A stretch of 64,000 nucleotides of DNA from positions 64,001 through 128,000 of the forward strand of contig CM000208.1 in NCBI GenBank assembly GCA_000002445.1. Reading direction: 5' to 3'. Of this stretch, positions 10,632 to 21,149 are shown piece by piece. Each line of letters opens with the position of its first letter. Positions within the stretch are counted from its first letter, which is position 1. This stretch comes from Trypanosoma brucei. Lineage: Eukaryota. Made by a program: the position numbers and the translations under genes. A model generated the notes under the pieces. The model saw nothing but the letters and a program-made list of their open reading frames with translations, was not told the origin of the DNA and made no database searches.

Positions 10632-12017
10632 ATGTTGCAGGCGGGAACAAAGAAGTTTCTTAGGGAGTATGGAAGCACATGCGCTCCCCTGTTCTTGGCA
10701 CTTGGCGTATGCCTTATATGCTGCTTACCTGCCGCGTGCCCAAAGGAAAACTTCATTGATGAAAATGCCATCAGCGTCTCGAGAGTTCCGGTAATTACTG
10801 GGATGTTGGGTGAGCTCCATATGGACACGAGGATTTCACAATATACGCGCGTGGTTCGTGGCCGACGCTCCGTGGGCTCCGAATCTATTGCCGTTTACGT
10901 TAATGCTGCCTTTGAATCCTCCGTTGTGTTGGCTAATCACCTGATTTACGTGCTGCGAGAGAAGGAAAACATGGCATGCGATACGAATTTTTACTTTTTT
11001 AATGACACAAGCAAAGATTGGCCAATCCCCGATTCCTTCGTCCGCGCGGCTATAGTTATTAACGTGACGTCGTTTCACACAAATAACCTTTGTTTTAATG
11101 TGTTTGGTGCCAACGGAATGCAACCAAATCAAGATCTATTCAACCTCGCAGTAGCGATAGCGGAGAAGTGGAGGTTTAATATTGATGTTTTATGCCAAAA
11201 TCCGTATATTTCATTTTCCACGAGTCGACCAATATACGAACACTACTTCCTTGCTCTGCAGACGGCGTTGGTCGCACCGTTACGCTACCAACCGTGGTAT
11301 AAAATGCGGTCGCGTGGCATCAGTTTGTTGGCAATTAGCACCGAAAAGTCCGAACGCAGGACCAAATCGTCTTACGGTTATAACATGGCCGCTGCGCACG
11401 AGCAGCTCATCGCAACTCTTAGTTATCTGCACGAACGTTTTCATCACTCAACATCTGTTTGGATACCACTAAGTGTTGATCAGTACGTCGAGTATGATGT
11501 CATCCAATTTGCCACGATTTTATTTGTCGCTTCCCTCCTATCGACGTGTTACTCCATATACGAAGTAGAGGGGTTCAGCTTTTCCCCGTGCGCGGCGTTG
11601 GTTAGTGCAACCGGCTTGGCTGCCTTGGTTTCAACATTGAATTTTGGTACCGCTGGATTTTTTGTGAGCAGTGGTGTCCTGACGGTTGGGCTTGGTGCAT
11701 TTTCATGGGACATGTCGTGGGGTGCCATAAATGCCGTGGTGTTATGTCTTCTCATCATTCTTCAACCTGTAGCGGGGTTGGTCATGGGGTTTGGTGCCAC
11801 TCTGCAGCTTCAGTTTATCCATGTAAGGTGCCGCAAGTGGCACGTGTTGCTGATTGGAGCGATCCTTTCATGGATCGTTTTAGTTGCCTTGACGGAAGTG
11901 ATGAAAGCAAAATTGTTTGACACAGAGACTACAGCTGGCGTATATTTCTCGTTTTTTCTATATCCCAATGCCTTATGGATTTCCAGCAGGCTGATTCGGT
12001 CGACGTTGGGTGCTTAG
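10632..12017 (+). CDS. Hypothetical polytopic membrane protein. It has an N-terminal signal/anchor, a Cys-containing N-terminal domain and about 5-6 C-terminal TM helices
   Basis: Long ORF, ATG at 10632 (track start is TTG 10524). Hydrophobic N-terminus 'CAPLFLALGVCLICCLPAACP', and a C-terminal cluster of TM segments (VIQFATILFVASLL..., LVSATGLAALVSTLNFG..., AINAVVLCLLIILQPVAGLV..., VLLIGAILSWIVLVAL...). No recognisable family. Confidence 0.5.
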   Translation: MLQAGTKKFLREYGSTCAPLFLALGVCLICCLPAACPKENFIDENAISVSRVPVITGMLGELHMDTRISQYTRVVRGRRSVGSESIAVYVNAAFESSVVLANHLIYVLREKENMACDTNFYFFNDTSKDWPIPDSFVRAAIVINVTSFHTNNLCFNVFGANGMQPNQDLFNLAVAIAEKWRFNIDVLCQNPYISFSTSRPIYEHYFLALQTALVAPLRYQPWYKMRSRGISLLAISTEKSERRTKSSYGYNMAAAHEQLIATLSYLHERFHHSTSVWIPLSVDQYVEYDVIQFATILFVASLLSTCYSIYEVEGFSFSPCAALVSATGLAALVSTLNFGTAGFFVSSGVLTVGLGAFSWDMSWGAINAVVLCLLIILQPVAGLVMGFGATLQLQFIHVRCRKWHVLLIGAILSWIVLVALTEVMKAKLFDTETTAGVYFSFFLYPNALWISSRLIRSTLGA

Positions 12018-12234
12018 ATGGGTTTAACTGTAACAAAAAGTCAGGGCGCATTCTGGTGGTATGTTGTCTTCGTTTTCCCACTCCCTCCGCTTCACTTCTT
12101 GTACTTTGTTCCCCCCTGAAGGTTTTGCCCCTTATTTCACTTTTGTACTTCGTAAACAAAGACACGACGTGAAACCTCCCTCTTTCCTGCTTTCCCCTAC
12201 TTTGCTCGTTTTCTTTAGCTGCTGCGAAGTTACG

Positions 12235-12516
12235 ATGGCAAAGCGTACCGTCAAGATGGGCGTCATGGGGCGCTATGGCGCCCGCTATGGTTCGAACCCA
12301 CGTAAGCGCGCCAAGAAGCTGGAGGTGTCTCAGCATGCGAAACACTTCTGCTCCTTCTGCGGGAAGTTTGCCTTTCGGCGCAAGGCCGTTGGCATTTGGC
12401 GCTGCGATGGTTGCAGCAAAACTGTCGCTGGTGGCGCCTACACGCTTAGCACACCAAACAACACCACGGTGCGTTCCACCGTTCGCCGCCTTCGTGAGCT
12501 GAAGCAGTCTAACTAA
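12235..12516 (+). CDS. RPL37A: 60S ribosomal protein L37a (eL43)
   Basis: '[19 protein letters not shown]...[32 protein letters not shown]' contains the C4 zinc ribbon of eL43. ATG verified at 12235. Confidence 0.95.
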   Translation: MAKRTVKMGVMGRYGARYGSNPRKRAKKLEVSQHAKHFCSFCGKFAFRRKAVGIWRCDGCSKTVAGGAYTLSTPNNTTVRSTVRRLRELKQSN

Positions 12517-12762
12517 AATGGAGGGGAACAACCTCTTTCTTTTTTGTTTTTTCTCTATTTTACCTGTGAAACACCGTCGAAGGTGTTTGCACAATTTTGT
12601 GATGCTTCAAATATGTTGTAGGGATGCATGACACACATCACGGTTGTTTTCTCCCCTTCAAACCACTCCTGCACGTTTCATCTTTGTTATCCTTCGCTTT
12701 CCTTGGATATACCCTAAACATGTATTTGCCTGTGTTTTACCCTGTCAGAGAAAAAAGAAAAA

Positions 12763-13503
12763 ATGTTCTCCTCCAAAACCGAGTATGACCGTGGCGTTAA
12801 CACCTTTAGCCCAGAGGGTCGCATTTTCCAAATTGAATACGCCATCGAGGCAATCAAGTTGGGAAGCACAAGCTTGGGAATTCAAACCCCCGATGCTGTT
12901 ATCATTGCTGCCGAGAAGCGGGTGCCATCAACACTGGTTGATCCGTCAAGTGTAAATAAGATCCTGGAAATCGATCATCATATCGGGACCGTTCTTAGTG
13001 GCATGGTGGCGGATGCGAGAATACTTGTGGACCATGCGCGTGTGGAGGCACAAAATCACCGTTTCACCTATGATGAGCCGATGAGCGTTGAATCGTGTGC
13101 CTTGGCGACGTGCGACCTGTCAGTTCAGTTTGGTGAAAGCGGGGGACGGAAGAAACTCATGTCGAGGCCCTTCGGTGTCTCATTATTGATTGCCGGTGTT
13201 GACGAAAACGGACCCCAGCTTTGGCAAACAGACCCGAGCGGCACTTATACACGTTACGATGCTCAAGCAATCGGTGGTGGTGCCGAGGCTGCTCAAACTG
13301 TTTTCAGTGAGCGTTATCATCGGAACATGACAGTTGAGGAGGCAGAGAATCTCACCGTGCAGATTTTACGGCAGGTGATGGAAGAGAAGCTAACGAAGAC
13401 CAGCGTTGAAATTGCAATTGTTCCGGTTTCCACTGGGCGGCTTCAAATATATGACCAGGAACAGATACAGCGGATCATTGATCGGCAGGCCGAGGAAAAT
13501 TAA
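12763..13503 (+). CDS. PSA5: 20S proteasome alpha-5 subunit
   Basis: 'YDRGVNTFSPEGRIFQIEYAIEAIKLGSTSLGIQT' is the alpha-subunit N-terminal signature and is closest to PSMA5. ATG verified at 12763. Confidence 0.9.
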   Translation: MFSSKTEYDRGVNTFSPEGRIFQIEYAIEAIKLGSTSLGIQTPDAVIIAAEKRVPSTLVDPSSVNKILEIDHHIGTVLSGMVADARILVDHARVEAQNHRFTYDEPMSVESCALATCDLSVQFGESGGRKKLMSRPFGVSLLIAGVDENGPQLWQTDPSGTYTRYDAQAIGGGAEAAQTVFSERYHRNMTVEEAENLTVQILRQVMEEKLTKTSVEIAIVPVSTGRLQIYDQEQIQRIIDRQAEEN

Positions 13504-13731
13504 CATCGCGCGTCGTCCAAACTCCCTGCGACGTGCCCTTTTCTTTTGTTTTTGATATGTTTCTGTAGGACTCAGTGCTCGCGTGTTAAGTGACCGTAAG
13601 AACGTACGCATAAGTTCTTTTTGTGGATGTGTCTCGAAGGAGGATCGTATCATCTTCCTTTTTTTTTTTCAAATGCGTGTACCATCTCTAGGCAAATATT
13701 TGAGGATATATAATCACGTAAGTCACGCAAT

Positions 13732-14832
13732 ATGTCTTTGCTGCTGTCGGGGGTAGTGGATGACGGCAAGTCGAAACCAGAAGTGGAACACACTCACTCT
13801 GAACGTGAGAAACGTGTTTCAAACGCCGTCGAGTTTCTCCTCGATTCACGTGTGAGGCGGACGCCCACGTCGAGCAAGGTGCACTTTTTGAAGTCGAAAG
13901 GCCTTTCTGCGGAAGAAATATGTGAGGCGTTCACCAAAGTTGGACAACCGAAGACACTAAACGAAATCAAAAGAATTTTGAGCGAGCGGCCATATGTGCC
14001 AACAGGACCGAATAGCCAGCACATGACTCAGCCTTTGAGGGATGAGAGCGCCGATTCGGTTCCCACGCCTCATCCAAACCAATCCCGGCGTCACACTAGT
14101 TTACTTTACGCGCCACAAGCTCCACCGCTCCCCGAAGCGGCTGCTGCCACTCGCGGTGTGGACTGGAGGGATTTGGTAATCGGCGCCGGTGCTGCCGTGA
14201 TTGGCGGTTTTGCTGCTTTTAAAGCATTTCAATTGTATTCGCCTTATGAAATCCGTCTAAAAGACGAAGGAAGCAAGCCACGATCGCGACGCAGTCGGAG
14301 AGGGGGACGTCACGCGTCATCTGACAGTGAGGCTGAGCGGTCACTCGTGCATCGTGAAGTTCCTGCTCTTCCTGTACCCGCAATTCCTGTTGCATCTGAA
14401 AGCCACGTGGATGCAAAGCAAGCTGAAATTGAGAGGTTAAAGACTGAGTTGAAGGAGACTCAGGAAGCTCTTGAAGCAGAGAAAAAGGGCAAGGCTGAAC
14501 TCTCCATCACCCTCGGGAAGTTGCGGGGTCAGGTCACAGCATATTCAAGAACAAACGAAAAGCAGGAGTCACAAATCAAGAGTCTTCAAGAGGAGGTAAA
14601 CAGGTTGAAAAGTGAAATTGAGAGGAAAGAAGATTCTGCTAAAGTCAACGCCAATAGTAATGTGGAGGAAACCTTGGACTCTAAGGAAGAAGGTTTACCA
14701 TCCAGCGACACCGAGTCAAGTAACCCTAATGGTGCCTCATCTGAGGTTGCCCGGGACACCCAACAGCAGGATGGCCCTGCCCCATTAAGCACGGAAACGG
14801 ACGGAACAGTTGTTGGCGGCGAGGCAGCTTGA
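13732..14832 (+). CDS. PEX14: Peroxin 14 (glycosomal matrix-protein import docking factor)
   Basis: The conserved PEX14 N-terminal domain 'AVEFLLDSRVRRTPTSSKVHFLKSKGLSAEEICEAF' matches the PEX5-binding motif, followed by a hydrophobic segment 'VIGAGAAVIGGFAAFKAF' and a coiled coil. The 366-aa length matches the described T. brucei PEX14. Confidence 0.9.
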   Translation: MSLLLSGVVDDGKSKPEVEHTHSEREKRVSNAVEFLLDSRVRRTPTSSKVHFLKSKGLSAEEICEAFTKVGQPKTLNEIKRILSERPYVPTGPNSQHMTQPLRDESADSVPTPHPNQSRRHTSLLYAPQAPPLPEAAAATRGVDWRDLVIGAGAAVIGGFAAFKAFQLYSPYEIRLKDEGSKPRSRRSRRGGRHASSDSEAERSLVHREVPALPVPAIPVASESHVDAKQAEIERLKTELKETQEALEAEKKGKAELSITLGKLRGQVTAYSRTNEKQESQIKSLQEEVNRLKSEIERKEDSAKVNANSNVEETLDSKEEGLPSSDTESSNPNGASSEVARDTQQQDGPAPLSTETDGTVVGGEAA

Positions 14833-15082
14833 CGCGGAGGCGTGTAGAGTGGCTGAAAGCTGCAATCTTGTTAGTATATCAATGGAGTGGGTGAATTTAA
14901 TAAGAGTGTGCACTTGCAGAGTGCATTCACCCTCTTAAAATTCTTTATGTTTCGTCTGACGAGATAAGTGCCTGTGCAATCGAGCAAAGCACCCACCTAT
15001 TTGTATCATTTCTCTGTCGTTTTATCTATTTCTTTCCAACTTAAATGTTACTAAAAAGAGGCAACGGGGAAGTCGTTACAAA

Positions 15083-17254
15083 ATGTCAGAGCTGACGGCC
15101 GGTGGCAAAAGCAGAGGTGCTGAAAATCTAAGTGGTGTGACCTGTGGAAACGTAAACGATTTCGTGGCGAGTACAGATTCTGATACCGATACGTTGAATG
15201 CAACGGCTAGACCGGTTACACCTCAGCAATCACCACCGCCTCAGAGTAGTCGCGCCGGGCCCCGGCCGAATGAAGTGGTAGGCGACAATTGGGCGACAAA
15301 CCGTTCGGGAGGACCGCCTGGTTCTAATGTGGCTAACTCCGGCGCTTCCGGGGTGGTATCTGATCTGCAGTTCAACTCTCAGGATCGTGCAGCGGAGGGT
15401 GCAGTGCCGAACTTGAGTGGTGGGTTTTTTTCTCTGCCATTAAATAGCCAACTGCCGCCGCATCTAGCCGCGCCAAAGGACTCAAACAATGGGCTGAATT
15501 TGACGGATTTACCGACGCACACTAACAGTATAAACTGCCGGGAGGAGGTGGCGGTTCCTGCCAGGCGGACCAAACCGAAGAGTGAGAATTGTCTGGCTAA
15601 GTTATACTACAGTGGAATGGCGCGGCGAAAAAGAGTAGAAGAGCGACTAGAGATTTTACGAGCGCGCGATAAGGAGCTAAGGAACTGTACTTTTAAACCG
15701 GTTATCACGGATCTCGCCAAGACAATGGAACGGCCTGGAGCATTTCCTTACTGCCGCAGTGAGGAAGCTCAGCTACGTCAAAGGGCCCTTCTCGAGACGT
15801 GGGAGTCCAAGATTGAGAAAGAATGTCGCCCCACCCCTAAGATTTCCAAGGGGTCGGAACAGATTGTCCAGCGTGTCAGGAGCAGCAGCGCTTGCGTGAT
15901 ACCTGTGGCGGATCGCCTGTACATGGAGTCGGCTCGCCGTCAGTGCCGTAAGCAGGAGGAAGAGGAAAAGGGATTTCAGCAAACTATTCCACTTAGACGA
16001 AGTGCCAGTGATGTGAATGCACTCATCCATAGACTTTATGAGTTAGAGGAGAAGCGGGTAGCGACTATTGAGCGGAAGCGAGGCGAGTTATGGTTAGATA
16101 CAAAGCCAAAACGTCGGTGTGAAAATAGCGAGCAGCTCGTGGAGCGCCTTTATCGACCCACACCAAGGAGGCGACGCCCTTGTAAGAGTGAGCCGATTTT
16201 GTTTTCACCCCAAGTAAATGAAACAACGAAGGAGCTAAGCCTTCGGGCAAATAGACGGAGGTTGGAGCAGTGGCACCAGCTGTGGTCCAAGGTGTGGAAG
16301 GGGTATGGCGAAAAACAAGAACGTCAAATTATTTGCTGTGAACACCTCATGATTCTCAAGAAGATAGACGATGTGGCGCGGTCTTCTGGACTCACGGGAA
16401 ACTGTACCCTGAATGATTTTTGCACGGCAATGGAGGACTACGAGAGGACACACGGTGTGCAACATTGGCGCTTAACACCTCTCCCGCTAAAACCCCATGT
16501 GAATGAAGATCTGACGTTTTCCCCGGTGATTCTCCCCAGTCACAGGGAGCGGAAAGGCTCCCCTCCAGCACACCAGCGTCTATTCGAAGCGGCAAAAGCG
16601 AAACAACTGCAGCAGAGGGAGGAAGAGAGGAAGAGACGTGAAGAGGAGCTTCGACAAGAGGAGAAAAGCAGGGCGGTGTCACGTCGTGCCTCCAGAAGGA
16701 GCTCAAAGCAACTAGACATAAAAGATCCCGCGGAGAAGGGGGCATCCGCGTGGCCTTGTTCACCAACTGAATCTGTAAGTAGTACCGACCATTCCCGTGG
16801 CTACAAGTCCGTCGAACTTTCTTCCTTATCACCTTCCAGTTCACCTGAGAGGATGCCAGTGGGGTTTTCTCCACCTCCGGTTTGGCTGACACCGGGGCTT
16901 ATAGAGGTTGCGGAGGATCTGAAGCAGCTGATGGATGAGCCAAGAGGAGGTTGGAGTTACGCGCAGCTCAATCATTCGCGAACGAAGGTGGATGCACCAC
17001 CTGACGCCACATTGCGGCCTTCTCCGTCGGTGGGACCGAAGAGGAGTGGTTCAAACCATAGACCGTTGCGTGCACCGCAAAAGAAAAAAAAGAGGAGGCC
17101 GGTCAGTGAGTTGCTTTCTGATGAACTTCTGCTTGAGTGCGCAGCGAGCAGGTGCTCCCCATTTTCGTGGAATGTTTCTGCTAGAAACAGAGAACACCGT
17201 GACAGCAACCGACGTCTCCGCAATATGGGAAAGCTGCTTTATCACAAAATGTGA
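15083..17254 (+). CDS. Large low-complexity hypothetical protein (723 aa; S/P/R/E-rich)
   Basis: Uninterrupted 2.17-kb ORF with ATG verified at 15083. Coding-like composition but no recognisable domain. Antisense ORFs within it are short. Confidence 0.55.
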   Translation: MSELTAGGKSRGAENLSGVTCGNVNDFVASTDSDTDTLNATARPVTPQQSPPPQSSRAGPRPNEVVGDNWATNRSGGPPGSNVANSGASGVVSDLQFNSQDRAAEGAVPNLSGGFFSLPLNSQLPPHLAAPKDSNNGLNLTDLPTHTNSINCREEVAVPARRTKPKSENCLAKLYYSGMARRKRVEERLEILRARDKELRNCTFKPVITDLAKTMERPGAFPYCRSEEAQLRQRALLETWESKIEKECRPTPKISKGSEQIVQRVRSSSACVIPVADRLYMESARRQCRKQEEEEKGFQQTIPLRRSASDVNALIHRLYELEEKRVATIERKRGELWLDTKPKRRCENSEQLVERLYRPTPRRRRPCKSEPILFSPQVNETTKELSLRANRRRLEQWHQLWSKVWKGYGEKQERQIICCEHLMILKKIDDVARSSGLTGNCTLNDFCTAMEDYERTHGVQHWRLTPLPLKPHVNEDLTFSPVILPSHRERKGSPPAHQRLFEAAKAKQLQQREEERKRREEELRQEEKSRAVSRRASRRSSKQLDIKDPAEKGASAWPCSPTESVSSTDHSRGYKSVELSSLSPSSSPERMPVGFSPPPVWLTPGLIEVAEDLKQLMDEPRGGWSYAQLNHSRTKVDAPPDATLRPSPSVGPKRSGSNHRPLRAPQKKKKRRPVSELLSDELLLECAASRCSPFSWNVSARNREHRDSNRRLRNMGKLLYHKM

Positions 17255-17408
17255 TATCTCCACCAAAAGACAAATATCCATAAACATGCGCACATCTATA
17301 GATGACGTTTTTTTTTCCCCCTTTTGAGCGAGGATTGTTACACTTCCTGTGTGACTTGCATGAGGCAGGTGTGGTAGCAGGTGTGTCTTTTTTTTTTTGA
17401 TTTCGGTT

Positions 17409-17431
17409 TATATATATATATATATATATAT
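17409..17431. repeat. (TA)n microsatellite
   Basis: 'tatatatatatatatatatatat' in the intergenic region upstream of BolA. Confidence 0.9.
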
Positions 17432-17557
17432 TATTTTTTTTTTTGCTGCTTGATGGAAATTCATGCTCAAGTTACCACTGCAGTGAAAAAGAGTATCACT
17501 TTTCTTATTTTATTTTTTTTCCTCTTTGACCAGTTTTCAGCTGTGGAGGTAGCAGGG

Positions 17558-17791
17558 ATGGTCACTCAAACTGAAATGGAGGAACGGATTCGCGTGTCTT
17601 TGGAACCGGAGTCGTGTGATGTGGTTGTGTTAAGTGAGGAAGACCGGAAGTATGGTGTGGTCATTGTTTCCAGAAAGTTCAACGATGTTCCACTGGTAAA
17701 AAGACACCGTATGGTAAATGACCTTTTTAAGGATGAGTTGTTGTCCGGTGAAATTCATGCCTTAACAATAACGGCGAAGCCATTACCGTAG
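17558..17791 (+). CDS. BolA-like protein
   Basis: 77-aa protein 'MVTQTEMEERIRVSLEPESCDVVVLSEEDRKYGVVIVSRKFNDVPLVKRHRMVNDLF...GEIHALTITAKP' with the BolA fold pattern and spaced His residues. ATG at 17558 (track start 17381 lies in a (TA)n tract). Confidence 0.7.
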   Translation: MVTQTEMEERIRVSLEPESCDVVVLSEEDRKYGVVIVSRKFNDVPLVKRHRMVNDLFKDELLSGEIHALTITAKPLP

Positions 17792-18489
17792 CACCCATCA
17801 CGATCGCTAAGACATGTTGTTGCTCACTTTTGCACGTTCGTTTCGCTTTGCTCGAAGGAAACGCACGGCGGAGGCAATTTGCCGGAAACTCCAGTAAATA
17901 TTCGCCCGGTATGTACCCGAGCGCTGCGGAGGTTGTTTCCTTAACAACGATACGGTTTACCCAGAACACAATTTGCAGCACTTCCGCTTCACATCGTGCT
18001 TGTTAAGATGGCCAAGATTTCTCTTGTGCATTCCCTTCATATGGTAGTCAATGAACGATTCCTTGTTTCCGTGGTGCATACGGATTATGGATAATGGGGT
18101 TTAGCAGCCTCTACACTGGAAGGTTGTGTGTAACTGAAATATGACAGTATCAATGCCTCTGAGAATCCACTGTATTTTTGCGTTTATCACGATGCTAGGG
18201 TTTCCATCCTGTTGGCTCCGCCGGTCATAGTTTAATTCGAAGAAAATAGTCTTTGGGACTATTAAATTCCCTCTGCTGAGTCTAAACAGCGACGTGTCGT
18301 CAATTTGTATTGCTTCGTTTCGCTGAGTTGTGTGCCCTCAATCGCGGCTACCGTGGCTTGCGCTTACTGCTATCTCTATATGATCCTTTTCTGATGTTTC
18401 TCGCCCCGTTTTTTTTCTTTGCCTAATATATATGTTGCTTAATGCAACTGTGATGATGTTTGTTCATCGGTAGTGTGGAGGTCCTTAGG

Positions 18490-18888
18490 ATGGTGAAGCC
18501 GTTCGTGCCCCGGAATATCGTGAAGAAGCGCACGAAGAAGTTCACGCGCCATAGGTGTGAGCTCTTCCCGCAGCTAAGCAGCAGTTGGCGGAAGCCTCGT
18601 GGTGAGGACTCGCCGGTTCGTCGCCGCTACAAGGGACAGAAGGCAATGCCAAACAAGGGTTATGGAAGCGACCGCAGAACAAAGTATATCACCCCGTCAG
18701 GTTTCAAAAACTTTCCCGTCAACAACGTGCAAGATCTTTATATGCTCCTAATGCAAAACCGCAAGTACGCTGGTGTCATTTCACATACTGTGGGAGCCAA
18801 AGCCCGCAAAGCGATTGTCCGGAAGGCTCACGAGCTTGACGTACGTCTGATTAATGGTAATGCCAAATTGCGGCGTGTTGACGTTTAA
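18490..18888 (+). CDS. RPL32: 60S ribosomal protein L32 (eL32)
   Basis: 'MVKPFVPRNIVKKRTKKFTRH...WRKPRG.DS.VRRR.KG...MPN.GYGS...' is the canonical eL32 sequence. ATG at 18490. Confidence 0.95.
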   Translation: MVKPFVPRNIVKKRTKKFTRHRCELFPQLSSSWRKPRGEDSPVRRRYKGQKAMPNKGYGSDRRTKYITPSGFKNFPVNNVQDLYMLLMQNRKYAGVISHTVGAKARKAIVRKAHELDVRLINGNAKLRRVDV

Positions 18889-19140
18889 TGAGATTCGTCC
18901 TTCACACATGTGATGCTTTTTTGTCATTTCTTATAGGTGTTATATATACCATAAACTTTCAAAGCAGCAAATATTACTATTTTTTTTCATTTGTTTGCGT
19001 CTGTGTTGCTCGTGTGAAGCATCAAGGACACCTATTGGCTTCTTGACCCATTCATCAGACATACATTTTTCCCTCTGATGTTTCCTGCGCATTGTGTGTA
19101 GTGTAGCAAATAAGTCCTTAGCGTCTTCGAGAAAGTAATC

Positions 19141-19617
19141 ATGCCCTTTGTCGATCACAATAAATACAAGATTCAGAGGGAGGATTTGCCAGCCCTTCCC
19201 CATTTCACAGATTTTAACGACCCCCGCTTCTGTGGGACCAACAACAAACAGAAGAATGGTATACTTGCGTACTACCAGTGGCTTCACTGTGTTGGAAACT
19301 GGGGAGAGGAACATTCCATGTGCAAGAAGATGCGGTGGTACGTGGAACGCATGATGCAGGAGGTTTGGTTGGAAAAATGGGAGGAGAAGCGTGCTCTAGG
19401 ACATTTTGATCACGTTCTTCTGTACGGTGTTAAACCGTGGAAAGACTTTGAGCCGTTGTACCAACCTGTAAAGACAAACCGCAAGGGCGCCTACGAGTTC
19501 TGGCTGGACCGCGACTTTGAACCACTTTATGATGCCGATGCTTCGGATTTCTGCGAAAAAGCACCGATTCTCCATGACATTTTTGTCAAGGGGAAGAAAC
19601 CCGTATATGATGAGTAG
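19141..19617 (+). CDS. Conserved hypothetical small protein (158 aa; W/C-containing, possibly mitochondrial)
   Basis: Clean ORF with a Trp/acidic-rich composition. Spaced cysteines in 'FCGTNN...LHCVGN...SMCKKM' are not a classical twin Cx9C motif. No family could be assigned from memory. Confidence 0.45.
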   Translation: MPFVDHNKYKIQREDLPALPHFTDFNDPRFCGTNNKQKNGILAYYQWLHCVGNWGEEHSMCKKMRWYVERMMQEVWLEKWEEKRALGHFDHVLLYGVKPWKDFEPLYQPVKTNRKGAYEFWLDRDFEPLYDADASDFCEKAPILHDIFVKGKKPVYDE

Positions 19618-20002
19618 TTAGTGACGAAAAGGTTGTCTTAGTAGTAGCGATCGTTTCCTTTTCTTTGTAGCATAATTTCCTCATGTATTTCTTTAGCTTA
19701 TTTAGTATGGGTTGCGTTTTCAAGGGGTTGTCCTGGGTAGCGGAAGTGTTTGTGGAATTGGAAAAGTTACTATTCCTGTTCCTATTTCTTATTTTTCTAT
19801 GGCTAATCATACTGAGGGAGTTTTTTTTTGCCATTTGCGGATTATTGCCTAACCGCTTGGTTTTATAGACTTTTTGATTGCTTTCCCTTCATCATCTTTT
19901 ATGCTTTTTCTGTTGATTCTTCCTCCTATCCCATTTATGAAAGAAGAAAGTTTCATCTTTTTTTGTTTGCTTGTGCTTTGTAATACTCGCCTGCGCCGAC
20001 CA

Positions 20003-20698
20003 ATGTCTGAGTCTTCGTACGGTCTTACAACATTCAGTCCTTCCGGAAGACTTGTGCAGATTGAGTATGCAACGACGGCCGCCTCCAAAGGGACAACAGC
20101 CTTAGGTGTCAAGGCAACTGATGGTGTTGTCATTGCAGCAGAAAAGAAAACAACATCACCCCTCGCTGACTCCTTAACACTTCATAAAGTGTTTGCTTTG
20201 GATGATCATGTTGGCTGTACGTATAGTGGGATTGGTCCTGATTGCCGCGTGCTTGTTGATGCTGCCCGACGCGCATGCCAGCGCTACCGCCTGACATATC
20301 ATGAGCCAATGCCTATTAGTCAACTGGTTCGTCAAATCAGTTTCTTATTTCAAGAATTCACGCAATCCGGCGGTGTCCGTCCGTTTGGGTGTTCTCTTCT
20401 CGTTGCCGGGGCGGATTCTCGTGGAAATCACCTTTATCAACTGGACCCCAGTGGAACCTTCTGGACGTGGAAGGCGACATCTATCGGCAAAGGCAGCCCC
20501 GATGCGAGAACATTCCTCGAGAAACGGTACACCAATGAAATGGAAATTGAAGACGCCGTACACACTGCGCTTTTGACACTGAAGGAGGGGTTTGATGGGA
20601 GAATGACAGCTGAAAACACGCAAGTGGGTCGGGTGGTTGAAGGTCGCTTTGAACTGCTTACGGTAGAGCAGTTGAAGGATTACCTGGACCAAATCTAA
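20003..20698 (+). CDS. PSA2: 20S proteasome alpha-2 subunit
   Basis: 'SYGLTTFSPSGRLVQIEYATTAASKGTTALGVKATDGVVIAAEKK' is closest to PSMA2. ATG at 20003; the track ORF is extended upstream through a CT-rich tract. Confidence 0.9.
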   Translation: MSESSYGLTTFSPSGRLVQIEYATTAASKGTTALGVKATDGVVIAAEKKTTSPLADSLTLHKVFALDDHVGCTYSGIGPDCRVLVDAARRACQRYRLTYHEPMPISQLVRQISFLFQEFTQSGGVRPFGCSLLVAGADSRGNHLYQLDPSGTFWTWKATSIGKGSPDARTFLEKRYTNEMEIEDAVHTALLTLKEGFDGRMTAENTQVGRVVEGRFELLTVEQLKDYLDQI

Positions 20699-21149
20699 TG
20701 TGGTAGAATGTTTTCTCCGCTGTGATTGCGAGTAGGGTGCTTCCTTATTTTTTTCCTTTGTAGGCAACCCGCGGCGGAAAAGCAACGAATGAGACATTGA
20801 CGCAATTTGAGAGGAAAAAAGAGGGGCCACTAAAGAGTGCAGGGTAGTAAATGGTGGGTGCGTGATGGTTTCAACTGCCCTTCTGGATTGTGTCCCACTA
20901 TTATTGGGCACCATTCTATACGCCTGCCCGAAAAGGTGTGTGCGTGTGTGGTTCAACTGAACATGTGTAGTTGTGCACTTGCTTCGCACGTTCTCCGTGT
21001 TTTTTTTTTCCGGCGGGTGGGCCTCGATTATTCGTCTATCTCTTCACATCTGTTTTCCCCCCTTTTTTTTAAAAAAATTGAACTAGTACTTTTAGTTTCT
21101 TTTTTATCTGAGGTTGCTAAAACACACTCACACGTGTAAGAATAATACA

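Noticed and set aside
12285-12300. tRNA T-arm-like 'ggttcgaaccca'
   Set aside because: It lies inside the RPL37a coding sequence (codons for YGSNPRK). No acceptor or anticodon stem context surrounds it.
17792-18460. A 650-nt complex, non-repetitive ORF-free stretch between BolA and RPL32, considered as a possible snoRNA or ncRNA locus
   Set aside because: Isolated 'ctga'/'tgatg' box-like strings occur but have no terminal stem, guide-complementarity or tandem arrangement typical of trypanosome snoRNA clusters. It is most simply the BolA 3'UTR plus the RPL32 polypyrimidine tract at 18395-18425.
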